From: Truepera sp.
GTDB taxonomy: Bacteria > Deinococcota > Deinococci > Deinococcales > Trueperaceae
Assembly: GCA_965218435.1 (NCBI GenBank)
Contig: CBDCKW010000009.1
Span: 768,001 to 832,000, forward strand
DNA: 64,000 nucleotides
Reading direction: 5' to 3'
Every line of letters starts with the position of its first letter. The first letter of the stretch is position 1. Made by a program: the position numbers and the translations under genes. Positions 29,977 through 39,356 of the stretch are shown here, piece after piece. The notes under the pieces are model-generated. The model ran no database searches. It was not told the DNA's origin and saw only the letters and a list, made by a program, of their open reading frames with translations.

Positions 29977-30060
29977 TTAGTTCAAAAGCATATTTTTCAG
30001 TTCGGCAATAGACCGTACGGGTTGAAACCTATAAATTACGGCATGACAGTTCGGGCAAGC
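29977..30060 (-). pseudogene. C-terminal remnant of an HNH (McrA-like) endonuclease
   Basis: An alternative frame reads ACPNCHAVIYRFQPVRSIAELKNMLLN*. Confidence 0.6.
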
Positions 30061-30257
30061 TGAAGGTGCTGCCACGCTTCATCCTCTTCTTCGCGCTCCC
30101 AATCTTCAGCAAGCGCCGCTTCACTAAGGAGCGCGGTATCATTTGCATCGCCCTCGAGCACCGTGACGAGCGCGCGGGCCGGGTGCGAAAGAGTTAGCGG
30201 TTCTAAAAGCCGAATCTGCCCATCTGCGTCAATAATGGCCTCTACCGTTTTGTGCAT
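30036..30257 (-). CDS. Orphan antitoxin-like protein (DUF104-like)
   Basis: TVEAIID..G.IRLLEP…LSEAALAEDW..EEDEAWQHL; no toxin follows. Confidence 0.65.
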   Translation of the reverse strand: MHKTVEAIIDADGQIRLLEPLTLSHPARALVTVLEGDANDTALLSEAALAEDWEREEEDEAWQHLQLARTVMP

Positions 30258-30269
30258 CTGCTCTTCTCC

Positions 30270-30986
30270 TTAATTTTCTTGTGCTCCGATTATATCCCAC
30301 CGCGTCACAATCCCGAGCAGTGCTTGATGCTCTTTGCCCGCCTCGGTAATCAGCGCCGCTTCTAACAGCGGGTTTTTCTCGAATAGGTAAACCACCTCGT
30401 CAAGCGTTTCGTTGCGCCCGACAAACACGTAATTGCTACGCTTTTGTTCGGTCTCGAGCAAATCTTTAACTTCAAAGTCGCCTAGTTCAACCAAAGATTC
30501 ATGATCTTGCACATACTGCGACAGCCACCGCGTGATGCCGTTTTCGGTGAGCAACCCGGCAAATCTGTTCTGCTCGTAAACGGGAAACTGCGAAAAATCG
30601 TGCTTGTGAATCAGTCCCAAAACAGCTTCGACGGCTGTACCTGTAGAGATTTTGACGACTTCGTTTTGCCGCGACTCTGAATAGGCCGTTTCGGGTGAGG
30701 TCAGCCGCTGGTAGATGGCTTCAATTCGGTCAACGACTTCGGGCGTAGGAATGGCGGCGTAGCGGTAAGCCGACACTTTGTCATGAACGATGACGTTGCG
30801 GAGTTTGGAGAGCCGTTTAAGTTCTGCGCCGTCGCGCCAGCTGCGGGTACGCTCTTCATAGCGGTACAAGATAGAGCTGAACGTGCCGTCTAGGTCAGTA
30901 CGCTCGCGTAGTTCGCGGTCAATGCGGTTGTAAGCGGCTTCAAAACGCTCGAGTAAGCTCTGCTCATCGTCTGAAAGTTTGTACAC
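30270..30986 (-). CDS. HEPN-like (RNxxxH) domain fused to a CBS pair
   Basis: N-terminal helical domain with LRNVIVH; C-terminal FSQFPVY…GLLTE and LLGIVTRWDI CBS repeats; GAGG RBS before GTG 30986. Confidence 0.75.
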   Translation of the reverse strand: MYKLSDDEQSLLERFEAAYNRIDRELRERTDLDGTFSSILYRYEERTRSWRDGAELKRLSKLRNVIVHDKVSAYRYAAIPTPEVVDRIEAIYQRLTSPETAYSESRQNEVVKISTGTAVEAVLGLIHKHDFSQFPVYEQNRFAGLLTENGITRWLSQYVQDHESLVELGDFEVKDLLETEQKRSNYVFVGRNETLDEVVYLFEKNPLLEAALITEAGKEHQALLGIVTRWDIIGAQEN

Positions 30987-30987
30987 G

Positions 30988-31542
30988 CTAAGATTCCTCA
31001 AAGATTTCAGCCAAAGGCAAAACCCAACCGGGAATGACGTCTGCACCCTCGAGCCGCCCTTCATCCCGAACCATACGGATATTGTCTAAACTTCGGTAAA
31101 CCGTCGCCGTGCGCGTCTGCGGATTTATCGTCACGACCATCCGAACACCGTAAAAAAGCCACATCTCAACTTTTTCTTCAACTTCGCTGAAGCGGTCGTT
31201 CGGTGAGACGATTTCAACGGCGAGGTCGGGTGGGCCGGGGAAGTAACCGGTATCGGGGAGATTCTCGAGCCTACTTGCCGCAACAAACGCCACGTCAGGC
31301 GCACGTACCGTATCCGGGTCTTCGGTAAGCTTAAAACCTGTTTCGGCAGCGTAAACTCCGCCTAGCTTGTTGGCCTTGACATGTAGACCTAAAGATAAAG
31401 CGATTTCATGAGCAACGTGTCCGTGTTGGTGTCCGGCTGGGGCCATCTCTTTTAATTCTCCTTGGACGAGTTCGCGGCGCAGCTGACCCCGTGGCAGCTC
31501 GAGCAACGCTTCAGCACTCATCAACTTTGGTTGGGTGGTCAT
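30988..31542 (-). CDS. Uma2-family PD-(D/E)xK endonuclease
   Basis: ELVQGEL, RAPDVAFV, PDLAVEIVSP, V.EK…GV. Confidence 0.92.
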   Translation of the reverse strand: MTTQPKLMSAEALLELPRGQLRRELVQGELKEMAPAGHQHGHVAHEIALSLGLHVKANKLGGVYAAETGFKLTEDPDTVRAPDVAFVAASRLENLPDTGYFPGPPDLAVEIVSPNDRFSEVEEKVEMWLFYGVRMVVTINPQTRTATVYRSLDNIRMVRDEGRLEGADVIPGWVLPLAEIFEES

Positions 31543-31557
31543 AAGCCAGTATAGAGC

Positions 31558-32454
31558 TTACAAATATCGCTCGAGCCCCCGCGCCACCGCCAAAGCCCGC
31601 ACTTCCCAATCCCCGCTCATCTCCGCGTCCCAGCACGCGGATAAGACCATATGAACAAAGCCCCACGTAGCGAGTTCTTGCCGGTCTAGGTTGAGCATTT
31701 CGCTGAAGGTCTCGAGGCGACTCGGCAAAAGTGCAATCAGTTCTTCGGCGTTGGCCTGCATGGGGTTGTGGAAGTATGTCCCTACGTCGTAGCCCTTTGC
31801 GCCAACGATGCCTTTGGGGTCAATCGCTAAAAAAGGCTCTTTCGTCGCCGTGAGAATGTTGCCGTGATGCAAGTCGGCGTGAAGTAAAACGGGGTCTTTA
31901 TCGGGGCCAAGCTCGAGCAGCAACTTCTGCGCTCGTTTTTGCAAATCAGCCGGAATGCTTTCATAGTCTTCCCAAAGCGCCTGTGCCCAGCTCGTCAGCG
32001 TGCGAAACGGATTGGGTGCTGTTACCGGACGCCAAAGCCGCCGCATCAGCTCCGCCGCTATGCGGGTATGGGTTTCGTCTTCTTCCGGTGTCCAGAGTTC
32101 TTGCAGCGAAACACCGGGTGTGATGCGCTCTAAAAGCAACGCACTCACACTGTCATCTCGTTCTAAAAGCCGACAGATACCGTCGCCGTTGTAATAATTT
32201 AGAGCTTCGCCTTCACGAATCATTTCGTCAGTGGGTGGGCTCAGTTTGAGGATGCAAGGGATTTTATCAGCACGCTCGGCATAAGCCACGATGTTGTAAG
32301 AGAGTTGCGGGACGAGGCCGGTGACGCGGATATGCCAGCGGGACTCGAGCCCCGCTAAAATCTCAGGCAGCGTTTCTAACCACACGTCAGCGTCGTCGTG
32401 AATATCCCGTAGCGCCTGAACTAAATTGGGCGGCAGCGTCAAAGAGTCAGCCAT
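31558..32454 (-). CDS. APH(6)/hydroxyurea-resistance-like kinase
   Basis: LLLERITPG, LLHADLHHGNIL, AIDPKG. Confidence 0.88.
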   Translation of the reverse strand: MADSLTLPPNLVQALRDIHDDADVWLETLPEILAGLESRWHIRVTGLVPQLSYNIVAYAERADKIPCILKLSPPTDEMIREGEALNYYNGDGICRLLERDDSVSALLLERITPGVSLQELWTPEEDETHTRIAAELMRRLWRPVTAPNPFRTLTSWAQALWEDYESIPADLQKRAQKLLLELGPDKDPVLLHADLHHGNILTATKEPFLAIDPKGIVGAKGYDVGTYFHNPMQANAEELIALLPSRLETFSEMLNLDRQELATWGFVHMVLSACWDAEMSGDWEVRALAVARGLERYL

Positions 32455-33412
32455 AAAGCCACGCTAACAGGTCGTCAGTCAGCCTGAAGGGTTTTTTACG
32501 AATCAAACTAAGGTCAAACGCCTCGGTGAAATCGTTGACGTGAGCCTCAGCTGGTTTTTCGGTAAGCCCCGCTGTGAAAGCCAAAAGTCCGATAACCCGC
32601 TCCGGTTTTACGCCCGCTTCTTTAAGTGAGGTCAGCGTCAGTGAACCTCTGCGTTTGGCGAGCCTCGAGCCGTCTGTATCTAGTAAAAGTGGCACATGTG
32701 CGAACGTCGGCGGCTCAGCGTCCAACGCTTTATAAAGCAAAAGCTGCGCCCCGGTGCTCGGTAATAAGTCGTCACCGCGCAGGACGTGGGTGATGTCCAT
32801 TGCGATGTCGTCCACCACAACTGCCAGCTGATACGCCCACTCGCCGTCGGCGCGGCGCACGATGAAGTCGCCGGTGTCCTGGGCCGGATTTAAGGTGACG
32901 TTGCCCAACACTTCGTCATAAAAGGTCAGGGTTTGCGGTTTTATGGCGAACCGTGAGCTGGGCGTTTTGCCTTCACGCTGTTTCTGCTCTTTGACCCGTT
33001 CATTCAGCTCTCTTTGCGACTCGCCGTAAACAAAACCTACACCGTGCGGCGCACTGGCGATATTCTGCAAATCTTCCCGTAAATCTTTGCGTGAAAGGTA
33101 GCATTCAAAAAGGTGGCCCGAAGCTTGAAGTGTCGTAAGCGCCTCTTGATAAAGCCCAAACCGCTCGCTCTGCCGGTACGGGGCATAAGGCCCGCCGACA
33201 TCCGGCCCTTCGTCCCAGCTAAGCCCTAACCAACGCAACTCGTCCAAATTGGCCTGAACGAACTCCGGGCGGCTCCGCTGTGAGTCTAAATCTTCAACCC
33301 GCATGACAAACTGACCGTTTCGTGCCTTGGCCTGCCAATAGGCTAACAGCGCGGTGCGGGCGTTGCCCAAATGAAGCTGTCCGGTAGGGGAGGGAGCGTA
33401 ACGTCCGCGCAC
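32447..33412 (-). CDS. gluQ: Glutamyl-Q tRNA(Asp) synthetase
   Basis: GRYAPSPTGQLHLGN, YQLAVVVDD, RGDDLL, RLAKR; no anticodon-binding domain. Confidence 0.93.
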   Translation of the reverse strand: MRGRYAPSPTGQLHLGNARTALLAYWQAKARNGQFVMRVEDLDSQRSRPEFVQANLDELRWLGLSWDEGPDVGGPYAPYRQSERFGLYQEALTTLQASGHLFECYLSRKDLREDLQNIASAPHGVGFVYGESQRELNERVKEQKQREGKTPSSRFAIKPQTLTFYDEVLGNVTLNPAQDTGDFIVRRADGEWAYQLAVVVDDIAMDITHVLRGDDLLPSTGAQLLLYKALDAEPPTFAHVPLLLDTDGSRLAKRRGSLTLTSLKEAGVKPERVIGLLAFTAGLTEKPAEAHVNDFTEAFDLSLIRKKPFRLTDDLLAWLYG

Positions 33413-33417
33413 GAGCG

Positions 33418-35463
33418 TTAGCTCCCCAATACGCTCTGTAAAAAGCTCCAGATGTCGGTCTGTTCTTCAATCAGGATTTTGGTCGGTTTGCCCTGACCGT
33501 GCCCTGCTTTGGTCTGAATCCGAATGAGCGCGGGGTTGTCGCAACGCTGCACAGCTTGGAGCGCAGCGGCAAACTTGAACGAGTGGGCCGGGACTACACG
33601 GTCGTCAAAATCGCCGGTCGTAATTAAAGTCGGCGGATAACATTGAGGCTCGAGGTTATGCAGCGGCGAATAGGCGTAGAGTGCCGGAAACTCACTTTCT
33701 ACCTCTGCCGACCCGTAATCCGACGTCCACGCCCAACCGATGGTAAAACGGTGAAACCGGAGCATATCGAGCACGCCGACAGCCGGAAGGCACGCGCCGA
33801 ACAGCTCGGGCCGCTGCGTCATACACGCGCCGACCAAGAGCCCGCCGTTCGACCCGCCCTGAATAGCGAGTTTGGGGCTCGAGGTCACTCCCTCAGCAAT
33901 TAAGTGTTCAGCGCAGGCGATAAAATCGTCGAAGACGTTTTGTTTGCGTTCTTTCGTCCCGGCTTCGTGCCAGCCGGTGCCGTATTCGCCGCCCCCGCGC
34001 AAGTTCGCCACTGCCAGCACACCGCCGTGCTCCAACCACACCAACCGGCTGACCGAAAACTCAGGCGTCAGCGAGATGTTAAAGCCGCCGTAACCGTAAA
34101 GTAGCGTCGGGTTTTGGCCGTCGTGCTCGAGCCCCTTTTGATGGACTAAAAACAGCGGGACGCGGGTGCCGTCTTTGCTGGTCGCAAAGGTTTGCCGGAC
34201 GGTATAAGCGTCGGCGTCGAAGTTCAAAGTCGGAGAGCCCAGCTTTTGTGATTCGCCGGTGCTCAGCTCGAAATGGAAATTCTGGGATGGTTCTAAAAAG
34301 CTCGTAAAGCTATAAAACAGCTCGGTGCCGCTGCGTTCAGCGTTCAGCGCCTCGACCGAACCGAGACCGGGCAGCTCGATTTTGCCTAAAGCCGTACCAT
34401 CCGTGCGGTAACGCCCGAGCCGGTGGCTGGCGTCGTGTAGATAAAGGCAGATGAACTCGTCTTGGAGCATGGCAGTTTGCTCGAGGGTGTCCGCCGCTTC
34501 CGGCACGACTTCCGTCCAATTCGCCGGGTCGGGGTTCTCCAGGTCAACCGCAACAATCCGCCCTTGGTCGGCCCCGTCGTCGGTCTGCAAATAGAACGTC
34601 TCGCCGTCGTTCCCCAAAAACAGATACTCAGCCCGAAACTCGCCAATGAGTTCGGTAAACGCATCTTCAGAGCCGAGTTCACGAATGAACAGCAAGTTTT
34701 TGTTGAGTGTTCCCAGACCGATATGCAAGATTAAGTAGCGGTCATCGTCGCTGACGATAGGATAAAAGCTCCACTCGGGCCTGTCGGGTCGGCTGTAGAC
34801 GAGCGGGTCGTCCTCTAGCGGCGTACCCAGCGTGTGCAAAAAAAGCTCCGGGGCTTCGTTTTTCGTCACGAATGCGTCGTCCGCTTGAGGCTCCGTGTAA
34901 CGTTTGTACAGAAAGCTCGAGCTGTCCGGTAGCCACGTGGCCCCGGAAAACTTGCTCCACGGCAGTACGTCGGCAAGGTCTTCGCCCGTTTCGATGTCCT
35001 TGACAAACCACGTCTGCCAGTCCGACCCGCTCTGCGACGTGGCGTAGGCGAGGTGCCGCCCGTCCGGACTAACTGAAAGCATCCGCAACGAGACGGTGCC
35101 GTCGTCTGACAGTGTATTGGGGTCGAGCAGCACGCGGCCCTCGGCTGCGGGTACGTCCATCACGAAGAGCACGTCTTGGTTTTGCAACCCGGTATTGCGA
35201 AACTGAAAGTAGCGCCCACCTTTGGAGAACGGCGCGTACTGTTTCGGATAGTTCCACAGCTCGGTCAGACGGGCTTTGATTGCTTCACGCTCGGGGATAG
35301 CTGCTAAGTAACTCTCAGTCAGGGCATTTTGCGCTTCGATCCACGTGCGGACTTCAGGCGTGCTGGCGGGTTGCTCGAGCCACCGGTAAGGGTCACGAAC
35401 CGTCACGCCGTGGTAATCATCAGTTTGTTCGACCGTTTTGGTTTCGGGATAACTAGGCTTCAT
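33418..35463 (-). CDS. Prolyl oligopeptidase (S9A)
   Basis: DPYRWLE, YGYGGF, GGSNGGLL, DDRVVPAHS, AGHG. Confidence 0.96.
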   Translation of the reverse strand: MKPSYPETKTVEQTDDYHGVTVRDPYRWLEQPASTPEVRTWIEAQNALTESYLAAIPEREAIKARLTELWNYPKQYAPFSKGGRYFQFRNTGLQNQDVLFVMDVPAAEGRVLLDPNTLSDDGTVSLRMLSVSPDGRHLAYATSQSGSDWQTWFVKDIETGEDLADVLPWSKFSGATWLPDSSSFLYKRYTEPQADDAFVTKNEAPELFLHTLGTPLEDDPLVYSRPDRPEWSFYPIVSDDDRYLILHIGLGTLNKNLLFIRELGSEDAFTELIGEFRAEYLFLGNDGETFYLQTDDGADQGRIVAVDLENPDPANWTEVVPEAADTLEQTAMLQDEFICLYLHDASHRLGRYRTDGTALGKIELPGLGSVEALNAERSGTELFYSFTSFLEPSQNFHFELSTGESQKLGSPTLNFDADAYTVRQTFATSKDGTRVPLFLVHQKGLEHDGQNPTLLYGYGGFNISLTPEFSVSRLVWLEHGGVLAVANLRGGGEYGTGWHEAGTKERKQNVFDDFIACAEHLIAEGVTSSPKLAIQGGSNGGLLVGACMTQRPELFGACLPAVGVLDMLRFHRFTIGWAWTSDYGSAEVESEFPALYAYSPLHNLEPQCYPPTLITTGDFDDRVVPAHSFKFAAALQAVQRCDNPALIRIQTKAGHGQGKPTKILIEEQTDIWSFLQSVLGS

Positions 35464-35493
35464 GGCCCAAGGTATCACGGGTTTTGGCGTGCG

Positions 35494-36135
35494 TTAGTGG
35501 GTTGTCCCGGCTGCGAGTTTGAGGTCGGGCGACGGGTCACAACTCAGAGCCAAACAGATTTCTACAGCCTGTACCAGCAGCTCTAAACCGAGGCTTGGCG
35601 CACTGTGCCGCGCGGCTTGTTCGGGCAAAAAAGGGACGTGAACGAATCCGCCTCTAGTTTTAGGATAGTGAAGCGCCAACGTATGCAACAGCCCGTACAT
35701 CACATGATTACAGACAAACGTTCCGGCACTCTGGCTGACATGTGCGGGAATCCCGGCGTCTAAAAGAGCTTTAAGGGTTCGTTTGAGCGGCAAGGTACTG
35801 AAATACGCGGCCGCTGCGCCTTTGATAACCGGCGTATCCATGGGTTGCTGACCGGCGTTGTCAGGGATGCGGGCATCATTCAAGTTGAGGGCGACGCGCT
35901 CGAGCGACACCAGTGCCCGCCCACCGGCTTGTCCGAGTCCCAGCACAATATCTGGCTTAAACATTTCCAAAGCTTGCTCGAGTAAGCGTAACGACTCCCC
36001 GAAGACGACCGGCAAGACGAGGCGCTCGAGCTGTACCCCAGGTGGCGGCGAAAGATGCTCCAAAATCCGCATCGTCGGATTGATGGTTTCACCGCCAAAC
36101 GGCTCAAACGCGGTGACGAGAGCGCGGGTGGTCAC
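35494..36135 (-). CDS. pcp: Pyroglutamyl-peptidase I
   Basis: FEPFGGE..NP, ERVALN, AGTFVCN, GFVHVP. Confidence 0.95.
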   Translation of the reverse strand: MTTRALVTAFEPFGGETINPTMRILEHLSPPPGVQLERLVLPVVFGESLRLLEQALEMFKPDIVLGLGQAGGRALVSLERVALNLNDARIPDNAGQQPMDTPVIKGAAAAYFSTLPLKRTLKALLDAGIPAHVSQSAGTFVCNHVMYGLLHTLALHYPKTRGGFVHVPFLPEQAARHSAPSLGLELLVQAVEICLALSCDPSPDLKLAAGTTH

Positions 36136-36935
36136 GCCTTATCCTTTTGGAGCAGCTGAATAAGGGCCGAGAGGTCGTCCAATACATAGTCGGGCGAGGT
36201 CTCGCCGATGTCGTCACGGGTAGAGACGCCGGTCAGGACGAGGGCCGTTTGCAGACCTGCTTTGTAAGCCCCGTCAATGTCGGTCTCGAGGCGGTCCCCC
36301 ACCATCAGCGTTTCCGAAGGCTCTGTCCCCAAACGGCGCACCGCTTCCTCGAACATTGCCGGGTGAGGTTTACCGATAACGGTCGGCGTGACGCCCGTCG
36401 CCTGCGTGATGACTGAAAGCACCGCGCCTGCACCGGGCAGCTGTCCAAGTTCTGAGGGGTAAGTGGCGTCGTAGTTCGTTGCCACAAACGCTGCGCCCTG
36501 CCGGACGAGGAGTGCCCCCATCGCCAAGAGGTCGTAACTGAGGCTTTCTCTAACGAGACCGCCAACCACGACGGGCGCGGTTTTCTGCGCCTTCACCTCG
36601 TCCGGGCCGATGAGCTGAAACCCGGCGTCCGTCAGAGCTTGCCGTAAGCCAAGCTCACCTACGGCGTAAACCGTCGTCCCCTCCGGGTAATGCTGCTTTA
36701 AGTAGCCGACAGTAGCAACCGGCGAGGTGAGAACCTGCTCAGGCGTGACTGTTACGCCGAAGCGCCCTAATTTTTGAACGTACTGCTCAGGGGTGTTGGT
36801 GGCGTTGTTGGTCGCTAAGATGAAGGGAAGCTCGAGGTCTGCTAGCGCGTCAAACAACTCTCTCAGGCCGGGAAGCGGCGTGTTGCCGTGCCAGAGCACG
36901 CCGTCCATATCGAGCACGAGGCTGCGGATGGTCAT
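36132..36935 (-). CDS. HAD-IIA (NagD-like) phosphatase
   Basis: DMDGVL, TNN, GKP, GDRLETDI, VLTGV. Confidence 0.92.
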   Translation of the reverse strand: MTIRSLVLDMDGVLWHGNTPLPGLRELFDALADLELPFILATNNATNTPEQYVQKLGRFGVTVTPEQVLTSPVATVGYLKQHYPEGTTVYAVGELGLRQALTDAGFQLIGPDEVKAQKTAPVVVGGLVRESLSYDLLAMGALLVRQGAAFVATNYDATYPSELGQLPGAGAVLSVITQATGVTPTVIGKPHPAMFEEAVRRLGTEPSETLMVGDRLETDIDGAYKAGLQTALVLTGVSTRDDIGETSPDYVLDDLSALIQLLQKDKA

Positions 36936-37046
36936 AGGGCTGAGTCTACCTTGACAGGTAACGCCAGGTTAGGGTTTTTGAGGTTGAGGTAAGAGCCCAA
37001 GCTACTTTCGCCGGACAACGAATGTTTGACGCTGTACTAGAGGTGG

Positions 37047-37284
37047 TCAAGCGTAAAAAAGTCGCCCTTTGGGTTGCGGTATATCGCGCCCTACTTCTTC
37101 AGCTGTCTCGAGCCACTCCTGAATAACGACTTCGGCATTACTCACAGCTTCGGTGTAAGTTGCGCCGTTGCTTCGCAAACTTCGTACCTGCCGCACAACC
37201 CGGCAACTCTGGAACTTCAGCGATAAACGCGCTATCTTCTTCGCTCCAGTAGATGATGAGTTCGTACCGCAAAGGTTCAGTCAT
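37047..37284 (-). pseudogene. hicB: HicB-family antitoxin frameshifted by a 19-nt insertion
   Basis: YELIIYWSEED.AFIAEVPELPGCAA|xGATY.EAV.NAEVVIQEWLE…IPQPKGRL. Removing 19 nt near 37169-37188 gives a 72-aa ORF. Confidence 0.85.
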
Positions 37285-37631
37285 TAAGTTCCGCTCCTAC
37301 GAGACAAGCTGAGGAAAGCAAGTTCTGCATCTGCGCCAAAAGCCTCAATCATTTGAGTATGGTGTCGGAGAAGCAACTCAACTTCTGCCGTCGAACAGTT
37401 GCCCAAGCGTATCCCAATCACTTTAGGTGGGGCTCCGAAAACAAAGCTCCGCTGATGAAAGTCGATGTCTTTTGAGACGATTGCAAAGCCGTATTTTTTG
37501 GCATAGTCCCACACCACAGTGTCAGCTGCTTCTTTAAGTCCTACGTCCCTTACATGTAACGAACCGGGGAAGAGGTCGCGGAGCGTTTGTGCAAGCCGGT
37601 GCGAAAGGTTTTGGTCAAACAGTAATTTCAC
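37284..37631 (-). CDS. DUF5615 PIN-like toxin
   Basis: MKLLFDQNLS, D..VWDYA, SKDIDF, PPKVI.IRLGN. Confidence 0.88.
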   Translation of the reverse strand: MKLLFDQNLSHRLAQTLRDLFPGSLHVRDVGLKEAADTVVWDYAKKYGFAIVSKDIDFHQRSFVFGAPPKVIGIRLGNCSTAEVELLLRHHTQMIEAFGADAELAFLSLSRRSGT

Positions 37632-37639
37632 CCCGTGCT

Positions 37640-37870
37640 TTATGCTGCTGGAGGAATGACCGCAAGTCGCCGCTCACGCTCGGCTGCAAAGGCGATGCAC
37701 GCTTTGAAGTCTTCGCGTGTCAAATCGGGAAAGTCTGCCAAGATTTCGTCTTCGGTCATCTCAGAAGCTAGATAATCGAGTACTTCGTAAACTGTGATTC
37801 GCAACCCCCGCACGCACGGTTTACCGCCGCGTTTGTTGGGATCAATCGTGATGTAGTCCTGATAGTTCAT
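37640..37870 (-). CDS. DUF433 antitoxin
   Basis: GGKPCVRGLRITV, EILADFPDLTRED. Confidence 0.92.
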   Translation of the reverse strand: MNYQDYITIDPNKRGGKPCVRGLRITVYEVLDYLASEMTEDEILADFPDLTREDFKACIAFAAERERRLAVIPPAA

Positions 37871-37969
37871 GGGTAAAGCTTAGGCTTGGCGTTTGTAGAG
37901 GTCAAGTTGGGAGACGTCTCGAGCACCCCCCGAACCTGAGTTTCGGTGGTACCGGGAAACCACTCGAGA

Positions 37970-38359
37970 CTATTTACCACCGAGCTTCAAACTTTCAACT
38001 GCGCCAAAATGCCCGTCACGGCTGATAAGAATAAGACCAAACTGTATGGTAATCGCAGAAATCCAAATATCGTTTTCGGGAATGGGTGTTCCGCCAACCT
38101 TAAGTTGACGCTTGATCTGCCCGTAATGCTTGACCGTGCTGTCGTCACAACGTAAAACGGTATTGCTTTCAGCAAATGCTGCTATACGTGCAACGTTTTC
38201 TTCAACTCGGGCCGAGTTGTGCGCTCCAAAATAAAGTTCGCCCAGAACGATGGAGGGGACGAACACCTCTTCAGTTTCAGCGAGCTTTTCGGTAACAGCC
38301 GGGTCTCCGGCAAATAACGCAATGACGATATTTGTATCGAGCAGAACGCTACCACTCAT
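37970..38359 (-). CDS. vapC: VapC PIN-domain toxin
   Basis: LLDTNIVI, IVLGELYFG, IPENDIWI, LISRDGHF. The ATG at 38359 overlaps the antitoxin end. Confidence 0.92.
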   Translation of the reverse strand: MSGSVLLDTNIVIALFAGDPAVTEKLAETEEVFVPSIVLGELYFGAHNSARVEENVARIAAFAESNTVLRCDDSTVKHYGQIKRQLKVGGTPIPENDIWISAITIQFGLILISRDGHFGAVESLKLGGK

Positions 38360-38570
38360 CGGGGTTGATACGCTCACACCCGTCTTTAACAGCCTCTTGC
38401 ATCTGTTCAAGCTCAGCAGGGGAGATGCTTCCGGCAAAGGTCAATAGAGATGCCCCTTTAACCCCTTTAGGCTGATTTAGCGAACGCGCAAACGCCAGGA
38501 CTTTCTGCTGCTCCTCGAGCGGCAGTTCGTTTAACTCAGCAAAGATTTTGGCGGTTATTTGAGTTGCCAT
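38349..38570 (-). CDS. Antitoxin (DUF2281-like) of VapC
   Basis: LPLEEQQKVLAFARSL; coupled to vapC. Confidence 0.78.
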   Translation of the reverse strand: MATQITAKIFAELNELPLEEQQKVLAFARSLNQPKGVKGASLLTFAGSISPAELEQMQEAVKDGCERINPDEW

Positions 38571-38653
38571 TAGTTATCTCCCACGCAAGCCTAGCAAATA
38601 GGAGCTCGAGCCTCCCGAACAGCTCTACCGGCTTTAGATAATAAGCTTAAAAG

Positions 38654-39013
38654 CTATCCCAACCCCAAGAATGTCAAGCTTAGCAATACTACGAGAATGA
38701 CGCCTCGAATGAGGTGATGACTAAAGGTTGGACGGCCGTGTATCCAGAAACCGTTGGCTATAGCAAGTAGCCATATACCAGTTGCTCCTACAGTGATGAT
38801 TGCTGCATTTTCTGCGGTGTGCGAAATAAGGTAAGCAACTGACCCAACTAGGGTGATCAGAGACAGGAGCAGCCACAGAAACCGCGCCCAGACAGGAACG
38901 GCTTCAAACGCTTGAGACTTCTGGGAAGTCTCGGACTTTCTTAGCTGAGCCAAAGAAGGGCCACCATGAAGTGCTGCGAACAAGATACCCACCACTCCGG
39001 CTACAACGTTCAT
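38654..39013 (-). CDS. Small four-TM membrane protein
   Basis: GGAGG RBS, four hydrophobic segments, HGRPTFSHH motif. Confidence 0.7.
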   Translation of the reverse strand: MNVVAGVVGILFAALHGGPSLAQLRKSETSQKSQAFEAVPVWARFLWLLLSLITLVGSVAYLISHTAENAAIITVGATGIWLLAIANGFWIHGRPTFSHHLIRGVILVVLLSLTFLGLG

Positions 39014-39042
39014 GGCAACCTCCGACTAGAAGTTATAAGCTA

Positions 39043-39261
39043 TCAAATCAACAGTTGTGTCATGCATTTATGGCGTATCGCTGCCTGAACCTGCGTTTTA
39101 GAGATGCCGGGAAACGGCTCGAGAAACTTATCTACGGTTGCACCATCTTCCAGGTTTTCAAAAAGGGCTCTGACCGGAACCCTCGAGCCCTTAAACATCC
39201 AAGCCCCACTGACTTTTTGAAGGTCGCGTTCTACTGCAGAGCAGCTTGACCAATCGAGCAT
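39043..39261 (-). CDS. Second DUF433 protein (orphan)
   Basis: DWSSC.AVER…VSGAW.F.GSRVPV.ALFENLEDGA. Confidence 0.85.
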   Translation of the reverse strand: MLDWSSCSAVERDLQKVSGAWMFKGSRVPVRALFENLEDGATVDKFLEPFPGISKTQVQAAIRHKCMTQLLI

Positions 39262-39356
39262 GTCGTCACCAACCTCGAGAAATAGTATAGGACGGGGAAA
39301 GGGGCTCGAGCCTTTTGAATTTGTCGTGGGGTGACACCTAGAAGTTACTGGGGCAT

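Noticed and set aside
31558..32454. Acquired streptomycin-resistance gene
   Set aside because: Family-level similarity only. Host-like composition, overlapping gluQ, no mobile context.
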